Part shown: positions 1 to 11,417 of the stretch, in pieces
Position numbering within the stretch: position 1 is the first letter of the stretch
Layout of the letters: every line of letters starts with the position of its first letter
Origin: Octopus sinensis
Taxonomy: Eukaryota
Reading direction: 5' to 3'
Assembly (NCBI RefSeq): GCF_006345805.1
Contig: NC_043000.1
Span: 145,576,001 to 145,640,000, forward strand
DNA: 64,000 nt
Notes under the pieces: generated by a model
The model's input: only the letters and a program-made list of their open reading frames with translations
Told to the model about the DNA's origin: nothing
Database searches by the model: none
Position numbers and translations under genes: made by a program

Positions 1-154
1 ACCGTAGTAGTAGTAGTAGTAGTAGCAGCAGCAGCAGCAGCAACAGTAGTAGTAGTAGTAGTAGTATAGTAGTAGTAGTAGTAGTAGTAGTACCAGCAGC
101 AGCAGCAGCAACAGTAGTAGTAGTAGTAGTAGTAGCAGCAGCAGCAGCAGCAAC

Positions 155-231
<77 letters not shown>

Positions 232-266
232 CAGCAGCAGCAGCAGTAGTAGTGGTAGTGGTAGTG

Positions 267-302
<36 letters not shown>

Positions 303-303
303 T
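1..303. repeat. Compound (TAG)n/(CAG)n/(TGG)n microsatellite
   Basis: Direct reading. It abuts the 3' tail of the R4/Dong-like fragment at 304. Confidence 0.97.
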
Positions 304-886
304 TACATGTTTGACTTTTGCTTTGTATTTGTACAATTTGTCTCCAAGTGATACCCAGAGGCCTCAAGAGCCAACATGTTAGAAGATCATATTCGTGCTA
401 TGTCCAGGGTCTCATATATTTGGGTTTGTACATAGTATTGTTCTAGAGAATGTTTAAGGAAACAAGAAAATCATGAGTTTCTTTTAAAATTTGAGATTAC
501 ATAGACGGTATCTTACGTAGGATCTGGGCAGTTTCCATGAGTACTCTCTTGTGAATTTCTGCCATTTGGGGGTTTCCTGGCATCTGAACGAGGTAGCAAT
601 CAGCCCCTTTGCTATCATTCCTAGGGTACCTATGACAACAGGTATTGTTTTAGTCTTCAAGTTTCACGTTTTGCTAATTTCTATTTCAAGATCTTTATAC
701 TTACTCAGCTTTTGGTAGGTCTTGACGGATACATTCATTTCGACTGCGACAGTCATATCAATGAAGTGGCATGACTTTTTGTCTGAAGTCTTTCAATATA
801 ATGTCTGGTCTATTCGCATCTATATTTTTGTCAGTTTGAATGGGTAAGTTCCAGAAGAGTGAGATGTGATCATTTTCAAGCACTGT
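304..886 (-). mobile_element. R4/Dong-like RLE non-LTR retrotransposon, 3' fragment
   Basis: The minus strand encodes VLENDHISLFWNLPIQTD..DANRPDIILKD, then ..[27 protein letters not shown] (PD-(D/E)xK restriction-like endonuclease). The 3' UTR ends at a microsatellite and is homologous to 2970-3565. Confidence 0.88.
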
Positions 887-894
887 ATTTTCGA

Positions 895-1585
895 ACACGT
901 TGCATAATTTGACCAGTACAAGGACTGTGTATTGTAATATAGCAAGCAGTTCCTGGATTACGACCAGGCCCATCATGCTGCACAGTGGGGCACCTGCTGC
1001 GTGCAGCACCTTCACCATGGGTTCTAGTCCAGTTCAGACCGTTATCGTCATGTCTTTATCTTGGCTTTTTCATTCACGAAGAGGTATGTCGTTAGGCTAC
1101 TAACAACTGGTGATTTTATCGAGACACCATCTCTATCAAGGTAGTCCACCAAATCGGCAGTGTCCTTGCTCCGCTGGTTTTGGGCTTGGAGTGTTCCTTC
1201 TCCTAGGCTTCCTGCTACCCAAGGCTAACGAAAGCAGCCTCCCCGTAGCACTGGTTATTTGGAGGCGCCACATCCTTTGCCGAAAATTGTCCTGTCGCCT
1301 TCATGTAGGAGTCGGGCTTCACTACCATGACAAAAAAGTCTTATCTACCCTGGTTTTGAAATCAGAGGATTCCTTCTCCTAGACAGACTGCCAACCAAGG
1401 CTCACCAGTTCTGTCTACCCGTTTTCGGAATGGCCATTGACTCTTTTAAGCTCCTCTGCCCTTTGCCAAGTTCAGCTTTTAATCCCGCAGGGAGTCGAAA
1501 ATCCACTCTTCTCACCAAGCAAGCTTAGTGAGGTTGCCGGTTTAGTCGCCGACGACTCGATGGTTTCACAGCGCCACTTGTTAAT
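895..1585 (-). mobile_element. RTE-clade LINE 5' leader/UTR fragment (structured)
   Basis: GC-richer block with hairpins AGTCG-TCGG-CGACT and CTCACTAAG-CTTG-CTTGGTGAG, plus two copies of an AGCCTTGG..GCAG..CTAGGAGAAGGAA..CTC..AAACC motif. I recall this motif from RTE 5' UTRs; the family assignment is from memory, not searched. Confidence 0.6.
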
Positions 1586-2358
1586 CATGCTGGATAACTA
1601 TTGTTCACTATTATAATTTCCGTATTACTACTATAATCCTCATCTTATAATTTACTTGTTCACTACAAATGTTTCACAGTTATTGCTATAATTATATTAT
1701 TACTATAATGCTGAGGGTCCTAATATTGTCTCCCCTGATTTCTTTAAACAACGATTGAAGGCACATTCACGACCGTTGGTTTAGCTGCTGTTGATGCTGC
1801 GGCGTTAAAAGGGGGAGCGGGCGTGTGACTCCTAATAGCGATGGCTTGATTGGACAGTTATCTGACATATATGGCAATCGAGTGAGGGCGGGCGGAGCGG
1901 ATTTTAAGAGTATCTTCGGTAAGTTGGGTTTCGCTATCATAGCTAAGATATCGAAGTTTATAAGAAGTTTTAAGTAGCTACATTGTATTCTATCTATAAA
2001 CACTACAGCGTATTTAAAATATAATGTCTATTAACATAACTATCTCAAAGTTTTAGTAAACATAGAAAGTACTAGGAATAGCTTGCTCATATGGGCTGGG
2101 GGTGTTGCTATGTGACCATGTCATCGTATGAGTGATTTCAGCAGCACTGAGAACCCATTGGTTCTCGCGCGCGGTAGAGGGAGAAATAGAAAGAGAGAGA
2201 GAGAGAGAAGTTGAGAGGAAGACGGAGGCATATAAGCTCGCCACAATCCTAGCGTTGGGCGAATTCATGTATAGAACTATAGATTTTTTGAGAGGACCTA
2301 TAATAGCTAATATATGGAAATTAATTAATTATGTGTTTTGTGCCTATAGCATTATTAT

Positions 2359-2560
2359 CTGGCAAAATCGCTAGCACACCAGGCGAAATACTTAGCGGCA
2401 TTTCGTCCGTTTTCACCTTCTGACTTCAAATACCACCGGCGTCGACTTTGCCTGTCATCCTTTGGGCTCGATAACATAAGTAGTAGTTGAGTACTGGTAT
2501 GGGTTCAATTGACTTATCCCATGCCTGAAATTGCTGGCCTTGTGTCAAGATTTGAAATCA
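2359..2560 (+). mobile_element. tRNA-derived SINE (family A), degenerate
   Basis: CTGGCAAAATCGCTAGC...GTCGACTTTGCCTGTCATCCTTT...GATAA core, shared with about 9 other copies in the window. Confidence 0.8.
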
Positions 2561-2568
2561 TTATTAGT

Positions 2569-2779
2569 AAGGCGCGAAATTGTAGAATCGTTAGGACGCC
2601 GGGCATTGATGCTTAGCGGCATTAGGTCCGTCTACATGTTCTGAGTTCAAATTCCGCCGAAGTCTTTCTTTTCATCCTTTCGAGGTCGATAAAATGAGTA
2701 CCAGTTGAGTATTGGGGTGGAGGTAATTGATTTATTCGCTCTCAAGAAATTGCTGGCTTAGTGCTAAAATTTGAAACCG
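2569..2779 (+). mobile_element. tRNA-derived SINE (family A), tandem copy
   Basis: B-box-like GAGTTCAAATTCC, then TTTCATCCTTTCGAGGTCGATAAAATGAGTACCAG. Followed by an (ATT)n tail. Confidence 0.82.
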
Positions 2780-2794
2780 TTATTATTATTATTA

Positions 2795-2868
<74 letters not shown>

Positions 2869-2970
2869 GTTGTTGTTGTTATTATTATTATTACCATCAT
2901 CATCATTATTATTATTATTATTATTAATATTATTATTATTATGATTATGATTATCATTATCATAATTATT
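2780..2970. repeat. (ATT)n microsatellite with GTT/ATC variants
   Basis: Direct reading. Confidence 0.95.
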
Positions 2971-3565
2971 CTATGTTTGACTTTTGCTTTATATTTGTAC
3001 AAGTTGGCTCCAAGTCTCACCCAGAGACCTCAAGAGACAACAGGGTTGGAAGTTCATGTTGTTGTTATGCCTAGTGTGCCATATATTTGGGGGGGTGGGG
3101 ATGTTGTATTAATGAATGTCTAAAAAAAAAAAGGTTTTTTTTTTTTTTTAAACCGAAAATTATGTTTGTTTTAAACCTTGAGATTACATAGAGAGTATTT
3201 TGCGTAGGATATGAGCAGTTCCCATGAGCACTATCTTTTGAACTCTGCCATTTTTGGGTTTCCTGGTATCTGAGTTAGGTAGCTATCAGCCCCTTTTGCT
3301 ATCATTCCCAGGGCACCTATGACAACAGGTATTGTTTTAGTCTTCAGCTTCCACATTTTGCTGATTTCTATTTCAAGATCTTTATATTTGCTCAGTTTTT
3401 GGTAGGTCTTGACAGATACGTTTATATCGATTGGGACAGTCATATCAATGAGGAGGCATGTTCTTTGTTTGAAGTCTTTCAATATGATGTCTGGCGTATT
3501 TGCATCTATCTTCCTGTCAGTTTGAATGGTGAAGTTCCAGAGGAGTGAGATGTGGTCATTTTCAA
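2970..3565 (-). mobile_element. R4/Dong-like RLE LINE 3' fragment inside (TAA)n
   Basis: ORF 3231..3482 reads [52 protein letters not shown]. Flanked on both sides by (ATT)n. Confidence 0.9.
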
Positions 3566-3601
3566 TATTATTATTATTAATATTGTTATTATTATTACTA
3601 A

Positions 3602-3673
<72 letters not shown>

Positions 3674-3696
3674 AATTATCATTCTTATTATTATTA

Positions 3697-3741
<45 letters not shown>
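3566..3741. repeat. (ATT)n microsatellite
   Basis: Direct reading. Confidence 0.95.
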
Positions 3742-3888
3742 TAAGGCCTCTAATACCCAGAAGGGTTCGATATGAATCACGACTATAAGATACCCGGTTT
3801 TGGTTAAACTGCACCGCAAAATGTGGGAGTAGTTAGGAATCTAAATCGTAGGAGACAGACACACAACTTCACTTTTATATATAAAGAT
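3742..3888 (-). mobile_element. Non-autonomous Helitron-like 5' end
   Basis: The minus strand starts A|TCTTTATATATAAAAGTGAAGTTGTGTGTCTGTCTCC, the typical A-TC start with a TATATAAAA/TGTC motif of invertebrate non-autonomous Helitrons. Confidence 0.5.
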
Positions 3889-4913
3889 AGGATAGCGTCT
3901 AGAAGGAAAACAATCAATTTAGCTGAATAGGAATGTTCTCATTTGTATAACACATTTTGGTAAAATTTATGATTCCGTGAACATTCTTACGTAAAACTTA
4001 ATATCAAAAACACTTTGAACTATCCTCAAATTATTGACGCTAACCTCTGCTTACTCAAATACTGGATAATAATTAATTGAAAAACATTACATATATAGTA
4101 ACCAATGCATATTTATATTTATATATAAATATATATATATAAATTATTCAGTTATTTTGTAACACATTGGATATAGGCTTGCGTTGTGCCTGACACATTG
4201 TCCATTTATAAGGAGACGTAATACGTTTTTGTAAAGAAGTTCACATCAGGCTTCTGTACATAAAATTATATTGGTTTCGCAAAGTAGTAACACAATATAG
4301 ATAACGTGACTTGGACATGTGCTACGTTTTGCTGATATAACATAATTCTTATTCTTGTTCGCCTTATGCTGGTTTTAATAGTTTTAGTTTGATATTTTCC
4401 TTAATACATATTTAAATGTACGTGTAGTTCATATATCTTTTCATCAAATAAGTCTTCTTTGAAATATTCATGAAATATTCATGGATCTTGAAACATTGAC
4501 TCAGTACAAAAGTCCATTGTTGCCAGTCCCTATATATAATTTTGTTTTCGTTTAACGAAACAATTAATTATGCTCGCTAGCGGAGAACTTCCCATACAAA
4601 CCAGCCCATGCTTACTTAATCGATATTCTGTAAGAATATTCATCATACTAGTTACAATATTCTCAGATAGTTGATTAATAAAAAAAAAAGTTTGCTAATT
4701 AGACTCAATAGAAAATTGTTCCGAATGGCTTTCTATGGACCTTAACAAGACCAAATTAGTTATTACCATGTTTTGGGGATATGCATTGTCTAAAGTTGCT
4801 TTGTGACATGAAAAGGCTAAGGAAAATATTTTAAAGAAATAATGAACAACAATAATAATCAAGAAGAATATTAAATATTTTTAATAATTATAACAATAAA
4901 ATATAAATATTGA

Positions 4914-4936
4914 CAGTAGTAGTAGTAGCAGTAGTG

Positions 4937-4986
<50 letters not shown>

Positions 4987-4998
4987 GGTGGTGGTGGC

Positions 4999-5047
<49 letters not shown>

Positions 5048-5078
5048 ATAGTAGTAGTAGTAGTAGTAGTAGTAATAT

Positions 5079-5112
<34 letters not shown>
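4914..5112. repeat. (TAG)n microsatellite
   Basis: Direct reading. Confidence 0.95.
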
Positions 5113-6365
5113 CAGAGGAGGAAGAGGGAGGAAAAGAAGATGAAGCAGTAAAGGAGGAAGAGATTGAGGAGAATGAAAGTGGAATTCTATTTTGCTAACC
5201 AACATATTTCCCACTTTCTTTCTGTCCAGTACGGCTCTCCCCAAGAAATTTCTCATCGTCTCGAGAAATATCAAAGCCATGCATTGATCGGCACTAATCA
5301 GGCCTCGAATGCAAATATTGATGCTACATTCCGAATTCATTTATCACTTTTAGTCTTGTACCTTAATCACGTAAGATAACAGTACCCCAGCTCCATAATA
5401 AAATAAGTTTTCATTCTTATTTCGCTACTCTCATGTTTTGTTTTCATCCCCACACGCTTTTATGTGCAGCCAGCCATTGCTGACGTTTACAATTACATAT
5501 TATATATGTAAACAAAGTAACAGTGTACGTAATGTTATGAATGTAAGCAAAATAGCAGTCTGTATTATATTTTCTTATAATGTTACAATGCTTAATAGAC
5601 ATACATTTTATCCCCTGTTCTAATGCATAGTCGCCGATGCCACAATTAAATAAGAGACGCAAACATCTCGTTGATAAATAGACAAATTCACCAGTTAATA
5701 AAATATATACAAAAATTCTACTGAATACCTGGAGAGCAAAAGTTCCTGTTAAGTAAATAAAGTCATGTCTGTTTTGTATTTTTTTGCAAATAAAGTGATG
5801 TCCGAATAAACAAACAGAAGAATCTGTTGATCAGTTTAATAAGTAAACCTAGTTTATCCAGTAATTGAACAAAGTTCTCTGTTGTAGTTATATTATAGTC
5901 ACGGTGATCCAGTAAATAAATACAATATGTAAGGGAAAGGGAACTGGAATAAGGAATTTTAGAATCAAATAAACACGACTCATTTGATAATCACCAATAC
6001 GATAGTGACCTTACCCCCAGGAACTTTTAAATTTGATTCGGGACTTGGTTCTAATGTGAAAATATATATCTGTATGTAGGATGGAAGAAAATGTAACCAA
6101 TTAATTTGACTCACAATATTTGTCTTGTATTTATTTTAACATATCACTGTTGACACACAGATTTAATCATACAAAATAATATAACTCACGCAAAATTTAT
6201 GAAAAAAAATTTCGCTTGATCTTTGTAAATCATTAAGGGATTTTTATATGATTATAGTCAAAGTGACTCGAACACTTGCATAACAGTGGAGATTACCAGC
6301 TCTCCTTCTGCTCACCTGAAAATGCATACGTAAATAAATAAATAAATAAATATATATATATATAT

Positions 6366-6696
6366 ATACTACAAAATTAGAGAATGGAGAAATATACTTA
6401 AATCAGTAAAACATCAACTATCCGATGATACTCAATCCATACTTTAATACACCATTACATATGAGTAAAGGCAATACATAAAATGAAATGAGATATACAG
6501 TAATAGTAAAAAGATAAAGAGATATAAGTAAAAAATTTTCAAATATAATATGCAAATAAATCAAAACTGACAGCTGTTTCGGCAGTGAGGACAGTCATAC
6601 CTCATTTAACCTATAAGCCATAAAGGCAGGTATAAATGAGGCATTAACAAGGATGCCCCACGGCCTCTTCAGAGAATTAAATTAAATTTGTTATAA
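6366..6696 (-). repeat. Penelope pLTR (3' copy)
   Basis: Reverse complement of 10923-11253. End coordinates sum to a constant (17619), so there is no net indel. No mismatch seen in the segments compared. Confidence 0.92.
6560..6680 (-). ncRNA. Type I hammerhead ribozyme in the Penelope pLTR
   Basis: Minus strand CUGAAGA-GGC...GCC-GAAAC-AGCU-GUC, identical to the plus copy. Confidence 0.75.
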
Positions 6697-7015
6697 TAGT
6701 GAAAAATATTATACAATCATATACATATAAATATAAAATATAAAAATGTAAAATAAAAACTTATACATCATAAAGCTACACTTATATAATATAATACACA
6801 TTTGTACAAAAAAGGAAGGTAAACAGAACAAAATAAAACAAAATATATAATAGTGTATATATTAATATCAATAAGTACCGATATTATACATATTTGGCTA
6901 ATAGTTTTTTTATATATATAAAAAAAGGCTAACATATATGGAGATGAAAAATAATAATTAAATCCGTGGTACAGTTCATAAGATTCTAAAGCTATAAAAG
7001 TTAATAAAAATTACT

Positions 7016-7101
<86 letters not shown>

Positions 7102-7209
7102 TATAATAAAAAATAGATACAGTTAAGTTAGCACCAAGTCCATCCTTACAAGATCGAAATAACTATGAGTTAAGAAATGCTGACCACTAGGTAAAGAAAA
7201 TATAGATTA

Positions 7210-7285
7210 ATTCGATTGGCTATTGGTTTGAAATTTAAATCACAAAAGAAAATTATACGGTTGGTTAGTCAGGGAACGCCAATAT
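7210..7285 (-). promoter_or_regulatory. Clustered CCAAT-like boxes in the Penelope 3' region (candidate internal promoter)
   Basis: Minus strand ATTGG, AACCAACC, AACCAATAGCCAATCG within 75 bp, upstream of the hammerhead in the element's sense. Confidence 0.35.
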
Positions 7286-8815
7286 TCACACACGCATCTA
7301 CAGATCAATCGCACATACACACATAGTAATATGTATATGCATACACTTATACACATACATAATTACAAGCAACAACTAGCACATAGATAAACAAAAAGGG
7401 AAGCAACTATGCTACAATTTAGTCCTTCAAAATTATAATTGTGCCTCAATAATAAAAGAAGAACCATCCATGCATTCCATAAAATATTTAATTTAGATAT
7501 AAATATATTTTTAAATATCAGTATATTACTAAGTCAGATACTTATTACATGGGTAACTTAAAGTTTATAACACCGGTTTGTTGCAGAGTAAAACATACGG
7601 TTGTTAGATTTATCGTGAGTTTGTTATGGTTTTAAGTACGCTAAATTATAAAATATAAAATATAAAATATATATTAATTTAAATATTATAAATAAGTCAC
7701 TTATTAACTTAATAAATATAGTGCCATAATATACCAGTTTAGGCATTAAAGAATAGAAGGGGAAGTATTAATGTAAACGCTTATGAGAACATCATAGAAA
7801 TTTTAAATAAATTTTATATTATAAAGACTTAAGATGAAAAGAGATAAAATAAATAAGAAGGAATAAATACGAAGGAATAAATACGGTTATACACATAATT
7901 ATAAGTACAAACCAGTATATATGTATTCATATATTATTAAAATTAAATAAAAATAAATGATAGATATGTATGTATAAAACTACCCCAGTATAAGTAAATA
8001 AGTAAAAAATAAATAGGTAGCAAATTAGATGACTTGATATGTATGTAAACATCTACACTTAAATAGGCAAATAAATAAATAAATAGAAGACTAGATGCAA
8101 AAATTGATAATATTACAATAAAATGGAAAATAAATAAAAATAATAAATAGAGTGAATATATATGTTATATTGTTGAAAGTAAATATGTATGGAAGGATAG
8201 TTTAAAGTACAGATCCAGAGTATAGATATAAACTAAATATATGAGGCTGGTAATAATTATAAAGCATAATGCATGTAAATGAGAAAATGAAAAAAATGAA
8301 AAAGGTTTATCAGTGAATAGCATAAGATACAAATTAAGGTGAGTACAAAAAGACCAAATATACAATAAAAACCTTCCAAATAAACACATACAAAAAACCT
8401 ATAATCTCAACCTAAACCCACCAAACTCACAAAAGGCTCTCATATATTACATATTATACAATATCATTACATTATCCAGAGCTAGGTATCTACCCAAGAT
8501 ATATATATATACTATGCAATATACTATGCAATATTGGAAAACTTCAAAAATCACACATTACAAGGCAAGTACCAAAATGAATATGTTATTTTATGTCATA
8601 TTGCAATTCTCTTAAAAAACAAACAAAAACCCACATACAAAAAACAAGAAACCAATTATACTAGACACATCCATTAATTATTATACAAATGTAGCTATAA
8701 AAATTATAAAATTATAAAATATATAAATTGTATACTTTAGAAATTATAGAAGACCACAGGTATATTTAGTTAAAGAAGGGAGTTAAAAAATTAATAATAG
8801 TGGAAGTGCTAAGTT

Positions 8816-10922
8816 CTATTTGAATCTAGAAAAGGTGAACGGTAGCCTATGAATACAAAAGAAGTTTTTTTCATTAATGTTGTTAATAATTTGCCGACCC
8901 GCTTTAATAATGAAGAAAATTTCATTAATACATAGAGAGCATTTTTTATTTTTTCCATTATACACAGGTGCTGAAGTTAGTATTTTCCAGTTTAATCTAA
9001 AATCTAAGTTCTTATTTTTAAGCTCCCAAATGTATGCACTTAGCCCTGTAGAGTACATTCTATTTTTATTCCTAAAAGTATATCTGTGATAATTCCATCT
9101 TTGTTTTATGCTATTCATAGTTGCCCCGATATACACCCTACTACTCAATTGTGTATCTACAGTGCATTGGTAAACTACCTCCTTCCTGAGGCATTGATTA
9201 CCAAATACACATTTATTTTTATTTCTGAAATTACAAAGATTAACAGAATGAGGAAATCTGAAATTGGACAACACCCCTATACTACTATTCACATTATAAG
9301 TGTTACAATTGTTATCATCATCCAAACCCAAAATCAACGAATGAGTTAATTTCACATTATCGGCTATATTCCTATCACTAGTACTAGTATTGGTAGTAGT
9401 AGTATGATCTATTTCATTTATATTATCTCTGACAGGTATGGTGCACTCATTATTAGTAAGGAGGTTGTTCCCATTTGTTCCAAGAAAGTTTCTATTCCTA
9501 TTATTAATGAAGAGGGGCAAGTTTTCCTGGTCTAAATTCAATTTTCTATCCTTATAGAAGTGATCCAGTTTCTTGTTATTAAAAGAGGAGATAATGGTGG
9601 CTAGATTATGAGTAATGCTATATCCCACTCTAACAGAACCGTTGTTAATTAAAGGACTAAATTTATTCTTATCCTTACCAAAATGCCTAAAAATAACATT
9701 ATGCAAAGCTCTCACTATGTTTGTTTTAATCTGCATTGCATATGGGATAATCAACCAAAGAGTATCCTTATCAGAATTAGGATTGCCTATAGAATTAATG
9801 TTATTTGTAAAAATCCTATTCGTAGACCAACTCATAGGATTACTATTCTTACCACTGTCATTGTTATATTTATCTATATCAATATTACCATGGTTATTGC
9901 GCAAGTAAACTTTACCATTATCATGTCTACCATAAGTTTTAATTCGTATATTATTATTAATATTCCTACTATTACCCGTATGTTTAGATCTATTTGAGCT
10001 ACCGTTCACCTTTCCAAGGTTAACATCACTTCTACATTTATTATAGGTGTTATCATATATTCCATTTTTACAATTCTTATGTATATTGTTGATTATCCTA
10101 AATCTATTTGTGTTGTTCCTGATAGTTCTACCTCCATTAGGGGGGTTCCCCTTAGGTATAAACCAAATCTTACTTTTATATCCTGCCTTAAGCAATGCTG
10201 CATTGTATCTATCACAGTGTTTGTTAAAAATTTCCTCGTTTGAGGATAAACTAGAAATTCTCTGACTAATGCTCCTCACTAGTGCATTTTTAATTTGAGG
10301 GGGGTGATTACTTGAACGGTTAATGTATATTAGGTTAGAATTAGGTTTAATATAGGGTTCATGTAAACCATTAGTAATATTACAATTAACATCTAAATAA
10401 TTAGCAGAATAAGTTTCACTTTCAATGATAATGGATAGGCCGAAGCTTTTAAAAAATTTATTTATTCTTTTTTTCAGAAGATCTAATCTCCTATTTGATG
10501 TATTCCTAACACAAAATAAGGCGTCATCCCTGTATAATCCACCTTTTAATTCAGGGAATTCCCTACTAAAGTTATCTAATAGATACATCCCAACTAGATC
10601 AGTCACCTCCGCTGAGTCCGGCGATCCCATTGTGATATCGAACAAGTTGGGTGTGTCCTTTCTAGCCCAAAGTTTATTATCAAACTCTATTAAAGTTTTC
10701 CTGGCTGTTAGTATAACCTTAATCTCCCCCATACTTAATTTAGTGTGTTTTCTAGCAAAAATTAAGGACTTATTTAATATAATAGGGTTAATGGAAGTGT
10801 AATAATTCTGTATATCGAATTGTATAAATTTATTTCTATTATAGCTAAAGTTGTTACTGTCACAGACCTTGATGGCAGAAAACCAATCCAAAGCACCCTG
10901 AGTATTCTTCCAAAGGTTTAGT
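8816..10922 (-). CDS. Penelope-like reverse transcriptase + C-terminal GIY-YIG endonuclease (N-terminally truncated)
   Basis: RT motifs FIQFDIQNYYTSI, FDITMGSPDSAEVTDLVG, GLYRDDAL, YLDV and PYIKPN..YINRSSNHP. Cys linker CNFRNKNKCVFGNQC. GIY-YIG VVY..VYIGAT..KQRW..H and CSLCINE. The frame continues upstream of the TTG start as LNLWKNTQGALDWF up to the inverted pLTR junction. Confidence 0.93.
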
Positions 10923-11253
10923 TTATAACAAATTTAATTTAATTCTCTGAAGAGGCCGTGGGGCATCCTTGTTAATGCCTCATTTATACCTGCCTTTATG
11001 GCTTATAGGTTAAATGAGGTATGACTGTCCTCACTGCCGAAACAGCTGTCAGTTTTGATTTATTTGCATATTATATTTGAAAATTTTTTACTTATATCTC
11101 TTTATCTTTTTACTATTACTGTATATCTCATTTCATTTTATGTATTGCCTTTACTCATATGTAATGGTGTATTAAAGTATGGATTGAGTATCATCGGATA
11201 GTTGATGTTTTACTGATTTAAGTATATTTCTCCATTCTCTAATTTTGTAGTAT
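10923..11253 (+). repeat. Penelope pLTR (inverted 5' copy; element sequence probably continues to ~11422)
   Basis: Inverted copy of 6366-6696, joined to the truncated ORF at TTATAA. Confidence 0.92.
10940..11060 (+). ncRNA. Type I hammerhead ribozyme in the inverted pLTR
   Basis: CTGAAGA 10947-10953, stem II 10954-11038, GAAA 11039-11042, palindromic stem III ACAGCTGT, GUC cleavage triplet 11048-11050. Hammerheads with a palindromic stem III are established features of Penelope pLTRs. Confidence 0.78.
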
Positions 11254-11417
11254 TAATTTACGGTAATATTATTACCTTTACCCATATAATGCAATAGATG
11301 AACTGATTGTTTGACAATTTTTAACATCTATGTATTAATTTTGTTGGGTACCTATCTAGCAGTATATTGGATATATATTATCCCATGGTGGGTTGAATTT
11401 TCAACCCCTATCTCATT

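Noticed and set aside
895-1585. HDV-like or twister ribozyme in the RTE-like leader
   Set aside because: I could not thread the HDV double pseudoknot or the twister consensus by eye. Reported instead as an unassigned structured motif.
2742-5340. Poly-I/L/V/T ORFs (also at 18299, 22105, 22740, 28364 and 54202)
   Set aside because: Translations of trinucleotide microsatellites, which lack stops in some frames. No coding signal.
5690-5925. CRISPR-like or minisatellite periodicity (CCAGT.AATAAA recurrences)
   Set aside because: Irregular spacing, low identity, eukaryotic context and no cas genes.
9086-10802. Plus-strand ORFs overlapping the Penelope gene
   Set aside because: Antisense shadows of the long minus-strand ORF.
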